Shown in pieces: positions 12,502 to 23,011 of a stretch of DNA of 64,000 bases (its first letter is position 1; each line of letters begins with the position of its first letter). The translations under genes were made by a program, and so were the position numbers. The DNA lies in the NCBI GenBank assembly GCA_004431415.1, contig QPMI01000626.1, forward strand, positions 1-64,000. The letters run 5' to 3'. The stretch comes from Cyanophora paradoxa CCMP329 (Eukaryota > Plantae > Glaucophyta). The notes under the pieces were generated by a model, which worked only from the letters and a program-made list of their open reading frames with translations, had not been told where the DNA came from and did no database searches.

Positions 12502-12944
12502 CGCGCACAGCTGCAGCGCCCCTCGGGGCCCTCAGCCAAGGTCGCGGCATAATCAATATTCCTCATCTAACTACCGAGCTACCACGCTAGTACCAGCTAT
12601 AAGATACTAGCACCCATCCTCAGCCTTCGCCATTGCCTCGGGGCCTAGTGACATCACCAGACTCAGCCGGAAATCAGGAAATGCACATGATTTTAAGACG
12701 GGCTGGGCCCTCCTCCGACTGAACGAAAATACGCCTCTGTTCAGGACAGGGCAAGGATACAAATTTACATTTCTGCCTGCTGGATAGGGGTACAGGAATA
12801 CAGCCCCGATACAGGGTAGAGCTAGGAGGACATATTGGACCTAGTTTGCCGTCTGCCGGCTGCTCTGTGTCTCCGACTAGGCGCCGCCAAGACGTGAGAA
12901 GAGGACCGGCAATCGGACCCCGTTGAACGGCGACGGGAAACGGG

Positions 12945-15731
12945 CTACGAGAGGGCCGAGAAGAGCGCGAAAGCCGCGAGGGCTCCGAAGCCCGCCGCGC
13001 AGGTCACGAGCGAAGCAGCGCCCGGCGGGAAAGACGTGTCCCTCGGCGCGGCCACCGTGGGCCGGGGCCGCTTGGCGGGGCCCCCCGGCTGCGCCCCCCG
13101 CCCGCGCTTCCTCGAGGGGGCGACGGTCCCAGGGACCGGGGGGCCTGGCTGCTCGGCGGGGCCGCGGGCGGCGGCCTTCTCCTCGAGGGCGGCGCGGGCG
13201 GCGGCGAGCACGGCCCGCGGGCCGGCCGCCGGGTCGACGCCCACGAGGCCGGCCACCGCGCGCAGCTCGTCCGCGCAGACCTGCGGGGCGCGAGGGGGTC
13301 GTTACACTCAACGGTGTGGCGCGCTTGGGGCAGGCATGCCGCGCACGTCTTGCGGGCGGGGGAGGCTGGAGGCTGGGGCGCCTCCGTCGAGGTGGCCTGC
13401 GGGGCGTTTAGCACGGCGGGCGGAGTGGGGGACGTAGAGAGGGGTAGGGGGCAGGCGGGAGGAAGGGGGGGGAAGAGAGGGGTGGGGGGGAGGGAGGGAG
13501 GGAGCCGGGTTGGGGGGGGGGGGGGGGGGGGCTGGGAAGGCGAGAGGAAGGGGGGAGGGGGAGGGAGAAAGGGGCAGAGGGGAGAAGGGGGGGGGGGAGC
13601 GGAACGAGGGAGGGGCGGAGTGGGGGGGGGGTGAGGGGTAAGGGGAAGGGGAGGAACTCGTGGAGGGGGGTGGGGGAGGGAGGGGGGGGGGGACGAGGGG
13701 AGGGGGCGGACGCGCACCCTCGCTTCTGCGAGGAGCCGGTAGACGCTCTCGTTCTCCTCCTGCAGGGGCGGACGGGGCGTCGGGCGCGGCCCACCCGTCC
13801 GCGACCGCCGGCCGCCGGCGGAGCGCGCGGGGCGCACCTGCAGCCTTGCGGCGCTGGCCCGCGCCCGCTCGAGCTCCTCCTGCAGACCCGCCGCGCGCCG
13901 CGCCGACGTCAACGGCCCGGCCCCCGCCCCCGAGCCGGATGGAGGCCCGTAGCCAGCGAGGCTGAGGTACTCCCGGGCCGCCGTCGCCAGCTCCTCGTAG
14001 TCCGGCTCGCGTGCGCTGTAGTCCCGCTGCGCGGGGAGGCCGGCGCTCGAGCTCAGCGCTGCGCCGGGCTGGCACGGGGAGGGCAACAACGCCGGGCCGC
14101 GCACCAAAGGCCTGGGGGCGGGCACGTCGAAGACGTCACTGGCCGTCACGGAGATCCAGCCCGAGCTCGCTTCCGTCCTGTACACGCGGAGGCTCGGCCG
14201 GGCGGCCTCCACGGACGCTGAAAGGCCGGCGGCGTCCGAAGGCAGGTTCGAGTCCCGCCCGGCGCCGTTCTTCTTCTTCGGGAGCTTGACGCTCAGCTCG
14301 AGGCGGTCGAAGCGGCGGGCGGCCGCGAGGCCCTCGGTCACGGCGCTCAGCGCGGCGGCGCCGCCGTCGGGGGCCTTGGAGAGCTGGGGCGAGGATCAGC
14401 CGGCGGCAGGAAGCGGCGCAGAGCTTCGGACAGGAGAGGAGCGCACGTTCAGACGGAGGTCGAGGTTGCGCAGCTTCTCCAGGGCGCCCAGGCCCGCGAG
14501 CGAGCCGCCGGAGGCGTGGTCGACCTGCCGAGACGGGAGTCAAAGCGCGAGGCGGGGGCCGCGAGCGGGAGGCCGAGGCGCGCCAGCATTACGAGCTCCT
14601 CGAGGTTGGGGCAGCGGAGGATGGGGGCGACGAGGCCGGGCCCGGCCAGCTCGTTGTCCGGCAGGCTCACACCCCGGACGCTCTCCGGCCTCAGGGCCTC
14701 CAGGGCCCCCTCCAGGCCGTCCGTCGAGAGGACGGTGACTCGCACGTCCGTCAGCGGGAGCCCCGACAGCGCCCGCAGCGTCGCCCCGTCGCGCACGCTG
14801 CAGCTGATCTTCTCCACGCGCGGCCAGACCTCGGCCAGCATCAACTGCGGCAAAGAACAACGGAGGTCATGATAGAGCAACGCGGTGCGCTCGGCTCTGA
14901 GCAGCGCGGGCGAACCGCCTGGTCGACGTAGAGACCGTCACCGGAGTTGCTAACGTTGAGCTCGCGCAGGCGCGGGAGACACCCCGGGACAGTTGCAGCC
15001 GCGTCGAGAAAAGTCCGAAATAAGCTGTCGTCGACTTCGCTGCCAAAGTGAAGTGAAGAGAGGGAGGCCGGGGGGAGCGCTGCTAGGAAGGCGCTGGCTG
15101 CTGTCTCCAGAGAATGCGGCGCGGCGATCCCTAGCGCGCGCTGATCCTCGAGGCTGGGCCACTGGCGCCAGCTCCCTGCTTCTGCGAAGCCGAGTTGCTC
15201 CAGCGGCTGCTGCGCCGTTGAGAGGGCCTCCAGCAACCCTGAAATCGATATCAAAAGGGAAAATGGATTGCGAAACGCAGCCGAGAGCTGACCTGTAATT
15301 GCAACGAAGACACCCGTTGCCGAACTCACGAGATCGGCCGCTATGTCCCACTTGAAGCTCCACGCGAACCCGACGACGAGACGTCTGCAGCCGGCCAGCT
15401 CCTTGCTGCGAACGCGTGCTGTAAACCGATCCAGCTGCGCTCTGTGCTCCTCAAAGCACTCCAGCGCTTCGTCGGAGTCGCTGGAAAGCAGGAGATAGTC
15501 AAGGTCGAGCGGCAGCTGCAACCGCAGGTCCTTGAAATGCACGCTCGACGCGAGCTGCCGAAAGCGCCGATCTACTGAACGGAGCTGATTCTTTTCGTAC
15601 GCTTCTCCTGCGTCCAGCTCGCTGAAGATTCGCAGCACGAGCTCGTCCGGCAACCGCGCGAAGTGATTGACCCCGTTCGCGCTCTCATCGCTGCCTCCGA
15701 CATCGCCGCGACGACGGCGTGTGCCGGCCAT
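12945..15731 (-). CDS. F-box / leucine-rich-repeat protein with coiled coil and hydrophobic C-terminus
   Basis: N-terminal F-box FARLPDELVLRIFSELD...LRSVDRRFRQLA; LRR-like segments LPRLRELNVS, CPNLEELVM, LEKLRNLDLRLN; coiled coil LQEELERARASAARLQ-EENESVYRLLAEAR; ends SLVTCAAGFGALAAFALFSALS*. Confidence 0.8.
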
Positions 15732-16177
15732 CGTGCAAAACAATACTATAGCTAGCTATAGTGCGTCCGGATCCTGTCCCGCGCAATGTGGTCAAACCTG
15801 TACCCGGCCGGGAACAACTGGCCCTGTACCCTGAAGGGGCGCTTGCAATTGCAGCGCTATCATATGCATCGGATTTGAAAAGACGCAGCGCAGCCTGGCA
15901 GGCCCTAAGGATCCGGAGCAGCCGGGGCGCGCGCCCGAGAAAAGGCGCCGGCGGCGCGGATGACACCGGGTGAGATAACGGGCTGCACATGAGCTCGCTG
16001 CGCCACGCCGCGCCTAGCAAACGCAAATAGCTCCATGCCCCGGAGCGGCCTGAGGCGGGGCCACGCTGGGCCACGCCGCTGGAGCCCGGCGCGTGGCGGA
16101 AGATCTCGCCGAGGGCCGGGGGCGCGGGCCGGGAGCGCGGGGGAGCGGGGCGCGGGGGCTGAGAGGGGCGGGGGGGC

Positions 16178-17953
16178 CTAGGCGGGGGGCGGGGCGAGGT
16201 GGCGGAGGAGGCGCTCGGCGGCAGCGAGGCCCGAGAGGGCGGCGCCCTCGACGCGGGCGCTGTGGCAGTAGTCCCCAGCCGCCGCCACCCGCGCCACAGC
16301 GTCGAACAGGCACTGCGCCGTCCCCGTCAGGCGCGCCTCGAGCGGGGCTGGCGGGGCGGGGCGGGGCGGGGCGGGCGCGCCGCCTCGTCCTTGGCGAGCT
16401 CGAGGCAGCGGAGGGGAAAGGCCGCGCCCCAGCGGTGCGCCGCCGCCGCTGCCGGCTCCGGCACCTGCCGCCGGCACCCCGCCGCCTCAGAGGGGGGCCG
16501 GCGGGGGGCGGGAGGAAGACAAAGCGGGCGCCTGAACGCCGAAGGAGGCGGCGACGCGGCGGAGGGCCTCGAGCAGCGGCGCCACCATCGCATCCTGTCC
16601 ACGCGCGCGGAAGTCAGGCGGGGGCGGGGCGGGGGCGGGGCGGGGCGGACCTTGGCGGCGCCCATGTTCTCCTTCGCGAAGGCGGCTGTGGACTGCAGGA
16701 CCCACGTCTCCCGCCCCGCCGCCCGCCCCGGCTGCCCCCGCGCCCCCGCGACTCAGAGCCGCGCAAGGCCAAGGCGGGGCGGGGCGGGGCGCCTTGGAGG
16801 AGTCGCGGGCGAGCCAGGAGGCGACGGGGTCGCCCTCGACGACGGCCCCGTCGAAGGGCAGCGCCAGCGCGCCCTCGAACGCCGCCATCAGAACCTGCCG
16901 CACCGCCCCGCCCCGCCCCGCGCCCGTCAGCTGCAAGCAGGGCGGGTCGGGGCGAGGCGGGGGCGGGGACGGGCGGGTGGTGCGCGCCCAGCTCGCGGAC
17001 TGCTCGCTGGCCTGTCCCTCGAGCCTTGCCGCCAGGTCCGTGACCCCGCTCTCCGCCAGCAACCTGCGCCCCGGCCGCCCGTCGCGCCCGAGGCGGCGCC
17101 GGGCGGCCGGGCCGGCCGGGCCGGGGCGGGGCCGGCGAAAGCGCACCGGCGGGCGGCCCCGACGTGCACGGCGACAACGACCGCGTCGAAGCCGGCGACT
17201 GTGACGGGCTCCGCGGGGGCCCCGCCGGTGGCGGCGGGCGCCTGCGGGGCGCACACGAGGGACCAGCCGGCGCCCTCCCGCGCCATCCGTTCCACCCGCA
17301 TCCCCGTCCGCACCTGCGCACACGCGCGCGAACGCTCAACCTTCGGCCTCACACAAAGCTACGCCGCGCGCCCGGCCTGGCCGCGGGCCGCACCTCTAGG
17401 CCCTCGGCCAGGGCCTTGGAGATGGCGCTCATGCCCGGCCGCCCCACGAGCCGCTCCTTCGGCGCTGACGCCTCGTACGCGCCCTTCCCCTCTGCGCGGA
17501 GGCCGCGTCTACGCCCGCGCCGCTCCATGCCGCGCGCCGCGCCGCCCGGCCGCACCCTCGACGCGGGCCGTGCCGACGCGGCCCTTCCACTCGTCCACCA
17601 CGCCGGCGGCCTTCCAGCCCTCGACCAGCGCCGCGAAGCGTGGATCCGATGCGCTGAAGTGCTGTGCGCCTGCCGAGCGCCCGCGATCAGCCCGGCTAGG
17701 CCGCCGCGAGGCGCGTGCGAGGCGCGTGCACCGTGGTCCCATGTGAGGCCGCCGTCCCCGCTGCGCGAGCGCGTCGATCGGCGCCTCTGCAGGCGCGCAG
17801 AGTGCGTCGGGGAGCTCACCGGCGCGTCGATATGCGGCCGCCGACAGCGCGGCCCATGTCGAACACGACGGGGTGCAGTCCGCGATCCTTCAGAGTGCGG
17901 GCGCACACGAGGCCCGCGACGCCGCCGCCGACCACCGCCACTTTATGCGTCAT
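16178..17953 (-). CDS. Renalase-like FAD/NAD(P)-dependent oxidoreductase (amine oxidase fold)
   Basis: Exon 1 (absent from the ORF track) MTHKVAVVGGGVAGLVCARTLKDRGLHPVVFDMGRAVGGRISTRR contains GxGxxG and the GG motif; then WDHGAQHFSASDPRF, VGRPGMSAISKALAEGL, HRWGAAFP and C-terminal AGDYCHSARVEGAALSGLAAAERL. Confidence 0.9.
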
Positions 17954-18241
17954 CTGTAGCTAGATCTGGCGCTGACCCGGCCCGAAGTGACGGCGAAGTC
18001 GCGTGCGGGGGTATCGATCCGATTGAGGGGTATCGCAGCCGTCACTCAGGGGTACATGCTTCAATATGATCAGGGGTATCGGCGCTGTAAGTCTAGATCT
18101 ATGCCGCATGCAGTAGCTATAGCCAGGAATTTCGCCTGTTGCGGGCGCCGTCCGCAGTTACATGGCAGTTACATCGATATATAGTGAGTTGGTTACATAG
18201 CCGGCCCAGCGCAATTGCAACCAGCTGCAGTGATCACCGGA

Positions 18242-21139
18242 TCAGTGGCTCGCAAGCGGCGGCGCAGCAGAGCCGGTGGCAGCCGGCGCCTCGCGGTCGA
18301 CGGCTCCGTCGGGCTCGGCCGCGGGGCCCGCCGCGCGGCCCTTGCCGTCCTCCCGCGCCTCCCCCCCCTCCTCCTCCGGCCCGTCCTCCGCCCACGTCTT
18401 CCGCGGCCGGTCGATGCTGCGCCCCGCAACCACCCCGTCGTCGGCGCGGGAAGCCTGTACACCCTGGCGCGGGGCGGTCGGCACCTGTCGGGGAGCCTGT
18501 ACCCCAGGAAGAAGGCGGCGCCGCCCACGACGCCGAGCCCCGCGAAGACGAGGTGGGCGTCCAGGGGGAAGGGCAGCCCTGCGGTGGTACAGGATCATCT
18601 ACGGGGCGAAAAGAGAAGGCGGGTGGGACGACGGGGTACCGGCGGAGAGGGACCAGGCGAAGACAGTGCTACCCACGGCGGGGCCTGCGCATGCGCCGGG
18701 CGGCCTAGTCAGCGGGCGCCGCGTCTGCCCCGCGGGCGCGCGCTCGATGGGCACCGAAGGCGCGGACGAGGGAGGCGAGGGACTGCCCGAGGCCGTTCAC
18801 CGCCCCCAGGTGGGACGCCGGGGCACTGTTGTTCACCTGAGCGCGCCCCGCTCAGATCCGACGCCGTCCTGGCCCCTGGGCGGGGCCCCCTTGCGGGCGG
18901 GGCCGGCAGGCACCATGAGGATGGCGGCCGTGAAGGCCGTCTGGGGCGGGAGCCGTCAGTCTGGGGCGGGGGCGGGGGCGGAGGCCAGCAGGGAGACGCA
19001 CGGAGCCGCAGGCGGCGCGGATGCTCATGGCGAACATGCCGCCGGCGATGAGGAGCGCCTTGGGGGCCCCCGCCAGCGCCAGCCGCCCCAGCTGCCCGAT
19101 CGCCTTGTTGGGCCGGTGCAGGGCGGGCGGGGCCGGAGGGCGCACGTCGGGGAGGAAGCAGAGGGGGAGGCAGGCGACGAAGCCCACGAGCAGCGTCCGC
19201 TTCAGCCGCAGCCGCTTCGCCTGCGCCCGCCCGCCCGCCCGCCCGCCCGCCCCGGCGCCTCAGGCGCGGCCAAGGCGCGGGGCGGGGCGGGGCGGGGCGG
19301 GGCGGACGACGGTGGGGAAGACGAGCATCTGGTAGCAGGCGAGGACGGCCCCGCCGGCGCTCTGGCACGCCCCGATCTCCGACGACGAGAAGCCGACCTG
19401 CATGCGCCCAGCGCGTCGGGCGGGGGCGGGGAGGCGGCGCGGGCGCGGCCCGCGGGGCGCACGCCGTGCTTCTCGGGGGGGTTCACGGCCCAGATCGGAA
19501 AAAGCTGCGGGGCCGGGACGTCGGCGGGGCCGAACGGGCCCGCGGCGACGCCCCGCTCGGCACAGACCTCGTCGTAGATGATGTACACGAGGGCGCAGAG
19601 GCCGTAGATCGCGGTAGCCCCCATCGTCTGGCGAGCGGTTGGGAGGGGGTACGGGATCTGGGGGCGATGGGGGTACCTTTTTATCCCGGAAGATGATCCC
19701 GGTGCCGACGTCCTGCGGCGGGGGGGTTGAGAGGGGCGGGCGGGCGGCGCGCGGGCGCGGGCGGCTCGCCTCGCCAGGAGTGGAGGCGACCGCGGGGACG
19801 CGCGACCGATCCTGGCGGCCGGTCGGTCCCGGCGCGGGTGGGAGCGCGGCCGCGGCGTACCCCGGTGGCAGCGGAGGGCCGTACCCCCTCCTCGACGTCC
19901 TCCTCCTCCGGTACGGGGGTGTACCCCACGCCGGCCTTCCGCTCGGCGGGCGCCCAGCGCACGCGGAGGGGTACGCGCCGCGCCGCGTCGTCCTCGCCGG
20001 CGGAGTACCCCTCCCCGCCGCCCTCGCCGCCCGAGCCGCCGGACCCTTCCTCCGAAGAAGGGCCGACGGGGAGCAGCTGCGCGCCGCTCTCCGTGCGGGG
20101 TACGCGCGCTCGGCGGAACGAGGACCGGAGGGGTACGGCGACCGGCCGCGGGGACCCGGCGGGGCGCGGGGCCCCTGCGCCGGCGGGCCGCACGTGGCGG
20201 CGGGAGCGGGGGGGGAGCGTCTCCGTCAGGGCGAAGATGCCGACGACGAACGCAATCAGCAGCGGCAGCGTGCTGATCATCGTCTGCGGGGCGCGACGCG
20301 TCGGCATGCGCCCGCGCGGGCCGGGCGGGGCGGGCCGGGGCGGGCCGGGGCGGGGCGCGGGGCCGCACGGGCAGGAGGTACGGGAACCGGTCGAAGAGTG
20401 TACCCTGGAAGACAGAAGGGAACTTGTGCGCGGGGCGGCACAGGAACCCCCCGATGGCCGGCCCGATCACGCTGCGCGCCGCGGTCGGGTGGTCGGAGGG
20501 GGTGAGGGTGGGATCCCACCGGGGTACGGCGCACTTTCCCAGGCCGTAGTTGAGGGAGATGAGGGAGAAGGCGCGGGCCTGGTTGGTCTTGTCCGTGATC
20601 TCGCCCAGGTACGTCTTGACGACCCCGAGGTTGCCGTTCAGGGCGCCGGCGAGGGAGCGCGAGACCATCGCCCACGCGTAGCTCTTGCTGAAGCCGAACG
20701 CGTTGATGCACAGGAACGTGCCGACCGTCCCCGAGAGAAGGACGGGCCGCCGCCCGACGCGGTCGCTCAGCGCGCCCCACGCGAAGCTGCTGCAGAACTG
20801 CGCGAGCGCGAAGGCTCCGATGAGGTAGCCCGCGTAGTAGCCTGCGCGGCGCTGAGGGCGAGGCGCGCCAGGGGACGAGCAGCGCGCGCACCGATGTCGC
20901 GCGGGTCGTGCGCCAGCTTGAACTCTTCGGTGATCATGAATGGCACCATGGGGAGGATGGACGCCAAGGCGAGCGCCTCAGCGGTCTGAATCATGCACAG
21001 GACGAACACCTTGAGCTGCGAGAGACGTCGCGCGTGAGTGCAGCTGCCCACGGCGGGAGCTCCGATTGAGCACCTTGGGCAGCGGCGTCTCCCGCACGGG
21101 GGCAGCGCTGCTCCCACCGCCGCTGCTCGCCGGCGCCAT
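18242..21139 (-). CDS. MFS transporter, ZIF/ZIFL-like (TetA/DHA1 group)
   Basis: YYAGYLIGAFALAQFCSSFAWGALSDRVGRRPVLL (MFS motif A), RSLAGALNGNLGVVKTYLGEITDKTNQARAFS, GPAIGGFLCRPAHKFP..FDRFPYLLP, FPIWAVNPPEKHG; long cytoplasmic loop. Confidence 0.9.
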
Positions 21140-21349
21140 CTGCCTGGTCGCGCGTAACTGCTATCGCCTGGCCGCTCGGGCGCCGTCGAAGCGGTCGGCC
21201 GGCGCCGCGGAGCTCGACGGGACCCGCGCGACCCTGTGGCGCCGGCCTGGCGTTCCGCAAACTACTCGTGAATTCCGCGCGGGCGCCAAGAAGCTGAATC
21301 CACGGTCAGGGGTACTGGTCGAATTGGAGCTCGCTGGGCCACCTGCAGA

Positions 21350-21993
21350 ATGAACCCCGCCTGGCTCGGAATCCAGCTGCCTCCGTGGAGCGGGACGCAC
21401 TGCGAGCAGCAGCATCAGCAGTCGCTCGGCTCTCTGGTGATGAAGGCCGGCGAGGAGCTCCGCGTGGACCTGAGCAAACTCAAGCTCAACGTCGTGCCCT
21501 TCTGGAGGCGAGGTCAAACGTGCGTCGCACCACGCTCTGCCGGCGCTCCCATCGCGTTTTCCGCCCCAATGATAGAACCGGCGATCCGGCCCCGGCCCCC
21601 GCCCGCGCCGCGGTCTGCTCCTTTAGCTACGGATAGATAACCCCCATTCGCATCGCGTAACCATGAAGCCGCTCCTGCGGCGCATCACGCCGCAGTGTCT
21701 CCGTCGCCTCGTGCGGGATGTGCGGCGGCGTCGGATCGAAACCATGCCATGTGTGTGAAGGTGCTGGGATCTCGCGGGCTACTGGCTCCTACGGTGCGTC
21801 GAGTCCGGCAATGGCAGCTGCAGAGCGCGCGCCTGATCGGGCGCGCGGCTTTCCCGCAGGGATGATGCGCTGCCACAGGCAAGCAGTCCGATCATGACCG
21901 GTGGGCTCATCTAGATCTTGACATATCGATCGCAGGTGCCGAGGCGAAGGAGCTCTGAAGTGTCCCCGTTGCGGCGGCAAGCACCCGCACTGA
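21350..21993 (+). CDS. Small DnaJ-like zinc-finger protein (4x CxxCxGxG-type, no J domain)
   Basis: Introns 21520-21695, 21794-21859 and 21879-21935 (GC-AG) splice in frame to ...GQTVSVASCGMCGGVGSKPCHVCEGAGISRATGSYGMMRCHRCRGEGALKCPRCGGKHPH*. Confidence 0.8.
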
Positions 21994-22238
21994 GAACCAC
22001 ACTGCTCTCTTTCAATTCAGCTTCGCCAGCCCGTGCTGGTCTGTAAAGTACATTTCTGGCTCCTTCCTCGTTGTAAATAGCCCCCTTTATCTGGTAGACT
22101 TTGTAATTGCGTGGCCTCTTTCTGAATCTTCTGTACTCGCTGCCTCATATCTATCTAGCACTAGCTAGCTATCTGTACATGATGCACGAGACTCTGAAAG
22201 CCGAGCGCCCGTCCTCGTAGCCGAGCGCTCCGGCGCCG

Positions 22239-22934
22239 TCATCGGGGGGCGAAGCCATAGGACGTGCTCCACTTCCCGAAGCCTGCCGCGCCGCGATGTC
22301 GGCTGTCGAGGGCAGGAGCAGCGAACGCAGCGTTGCGCTGCACTGCACGGGGCGCACCTTTTTTGGAAGGGGCGGTCTCGCTGACGGAGAAGCGCCCCTG
22401 GTGGTAGCTGCTGTGCTCTTGCGACCTGATTGATGGGCGCGGTGGTACATGGTCGGCGTCAAGACGAGAAGCGCAGCCGAGCCGCGCTTTGTCACCTCGG
22501 ATCGGCCTCGCCAGAGTAGCACTCGACATGGTAGAAGAAGCGCATCTTCCTCCCTGCGCGTGAGGCGGCGGCGCTCAAGATCTTGAGCAGCCGCCTTCGA
22601 GCTGCAGGTGATGCGGGATTGCCGACCGTCTCTCACTGCAATTAAACGCAAGTCGGATCAGCGAAGGCCGGCCTCGCATGTACGGGAAAGCGGCAGCTAG
22701 AGCTAGAAGGTGGATCGAGTCCGGACGCAGCGGCCGGCGGCACACGGCGAGAGCACGGCCCGGCGGGTACTCACCGATGACAGGCGAGCCCTTCATGATG
22801 ACCTCCTTGCACTCTCGGCACGACCTGGGCGTGCGGGGCGCCGTTCAGCGACTGCGAGCGGCGCCCCCCCGAGGTGGAGCCAACCATCCGGTTCGTATCG
22901 CCGTGCCCTGCGACACCGTCCAGTACTCTGTCAT
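22239..22934 (-). CDS. Small (~92 aa) PARP-type zinc-finger-like protein
   Basis: Six exons splice to MTEYWTVSQGTAIRTGWSCRECKEVIMKGSPVIVRDGRKMRFFYHVECYSGEADPRSQEHSSYHQGRFSVSETAPSKKGFGKWSTSYGFAPR*; CxxC...I.KG...HxxC spacing as in zf-PARP; includes a 9-nt exon at 22627-22635. Confidence 0.75.
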
Positions 22935-23011
22935 TGCCGGCCGAGCCCGGCACAAAGCCGGCCAAGCCGCCCAAGTGTGGCTCGGGGGGATACCGCGCCA
23001 AAGTTCAAAGA
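22935..23011. promoter_or_regulatory. 77-bp bidirectional promoter with an E2F-consensus site (GCGCCAAA, 22995-23002)
   Basis: Lies between the divergent ATGs at 22934(-) and 23012(+); GCGCCAAA is the reverse complement of TTTGGCGC (TTTSSCGC consensus). Confidence 0.45.

Noticed and set aside
13430-13710. Long G-rich/poly-G tracts (also poly-C at ~4970-5015, ~6905-6945, ~37800-37975) as G-quadruplex regulatory elements
   Set aside because: Pervasive intronic low complexity; homopolymer lengths are unreliable and no specific function can be supported.
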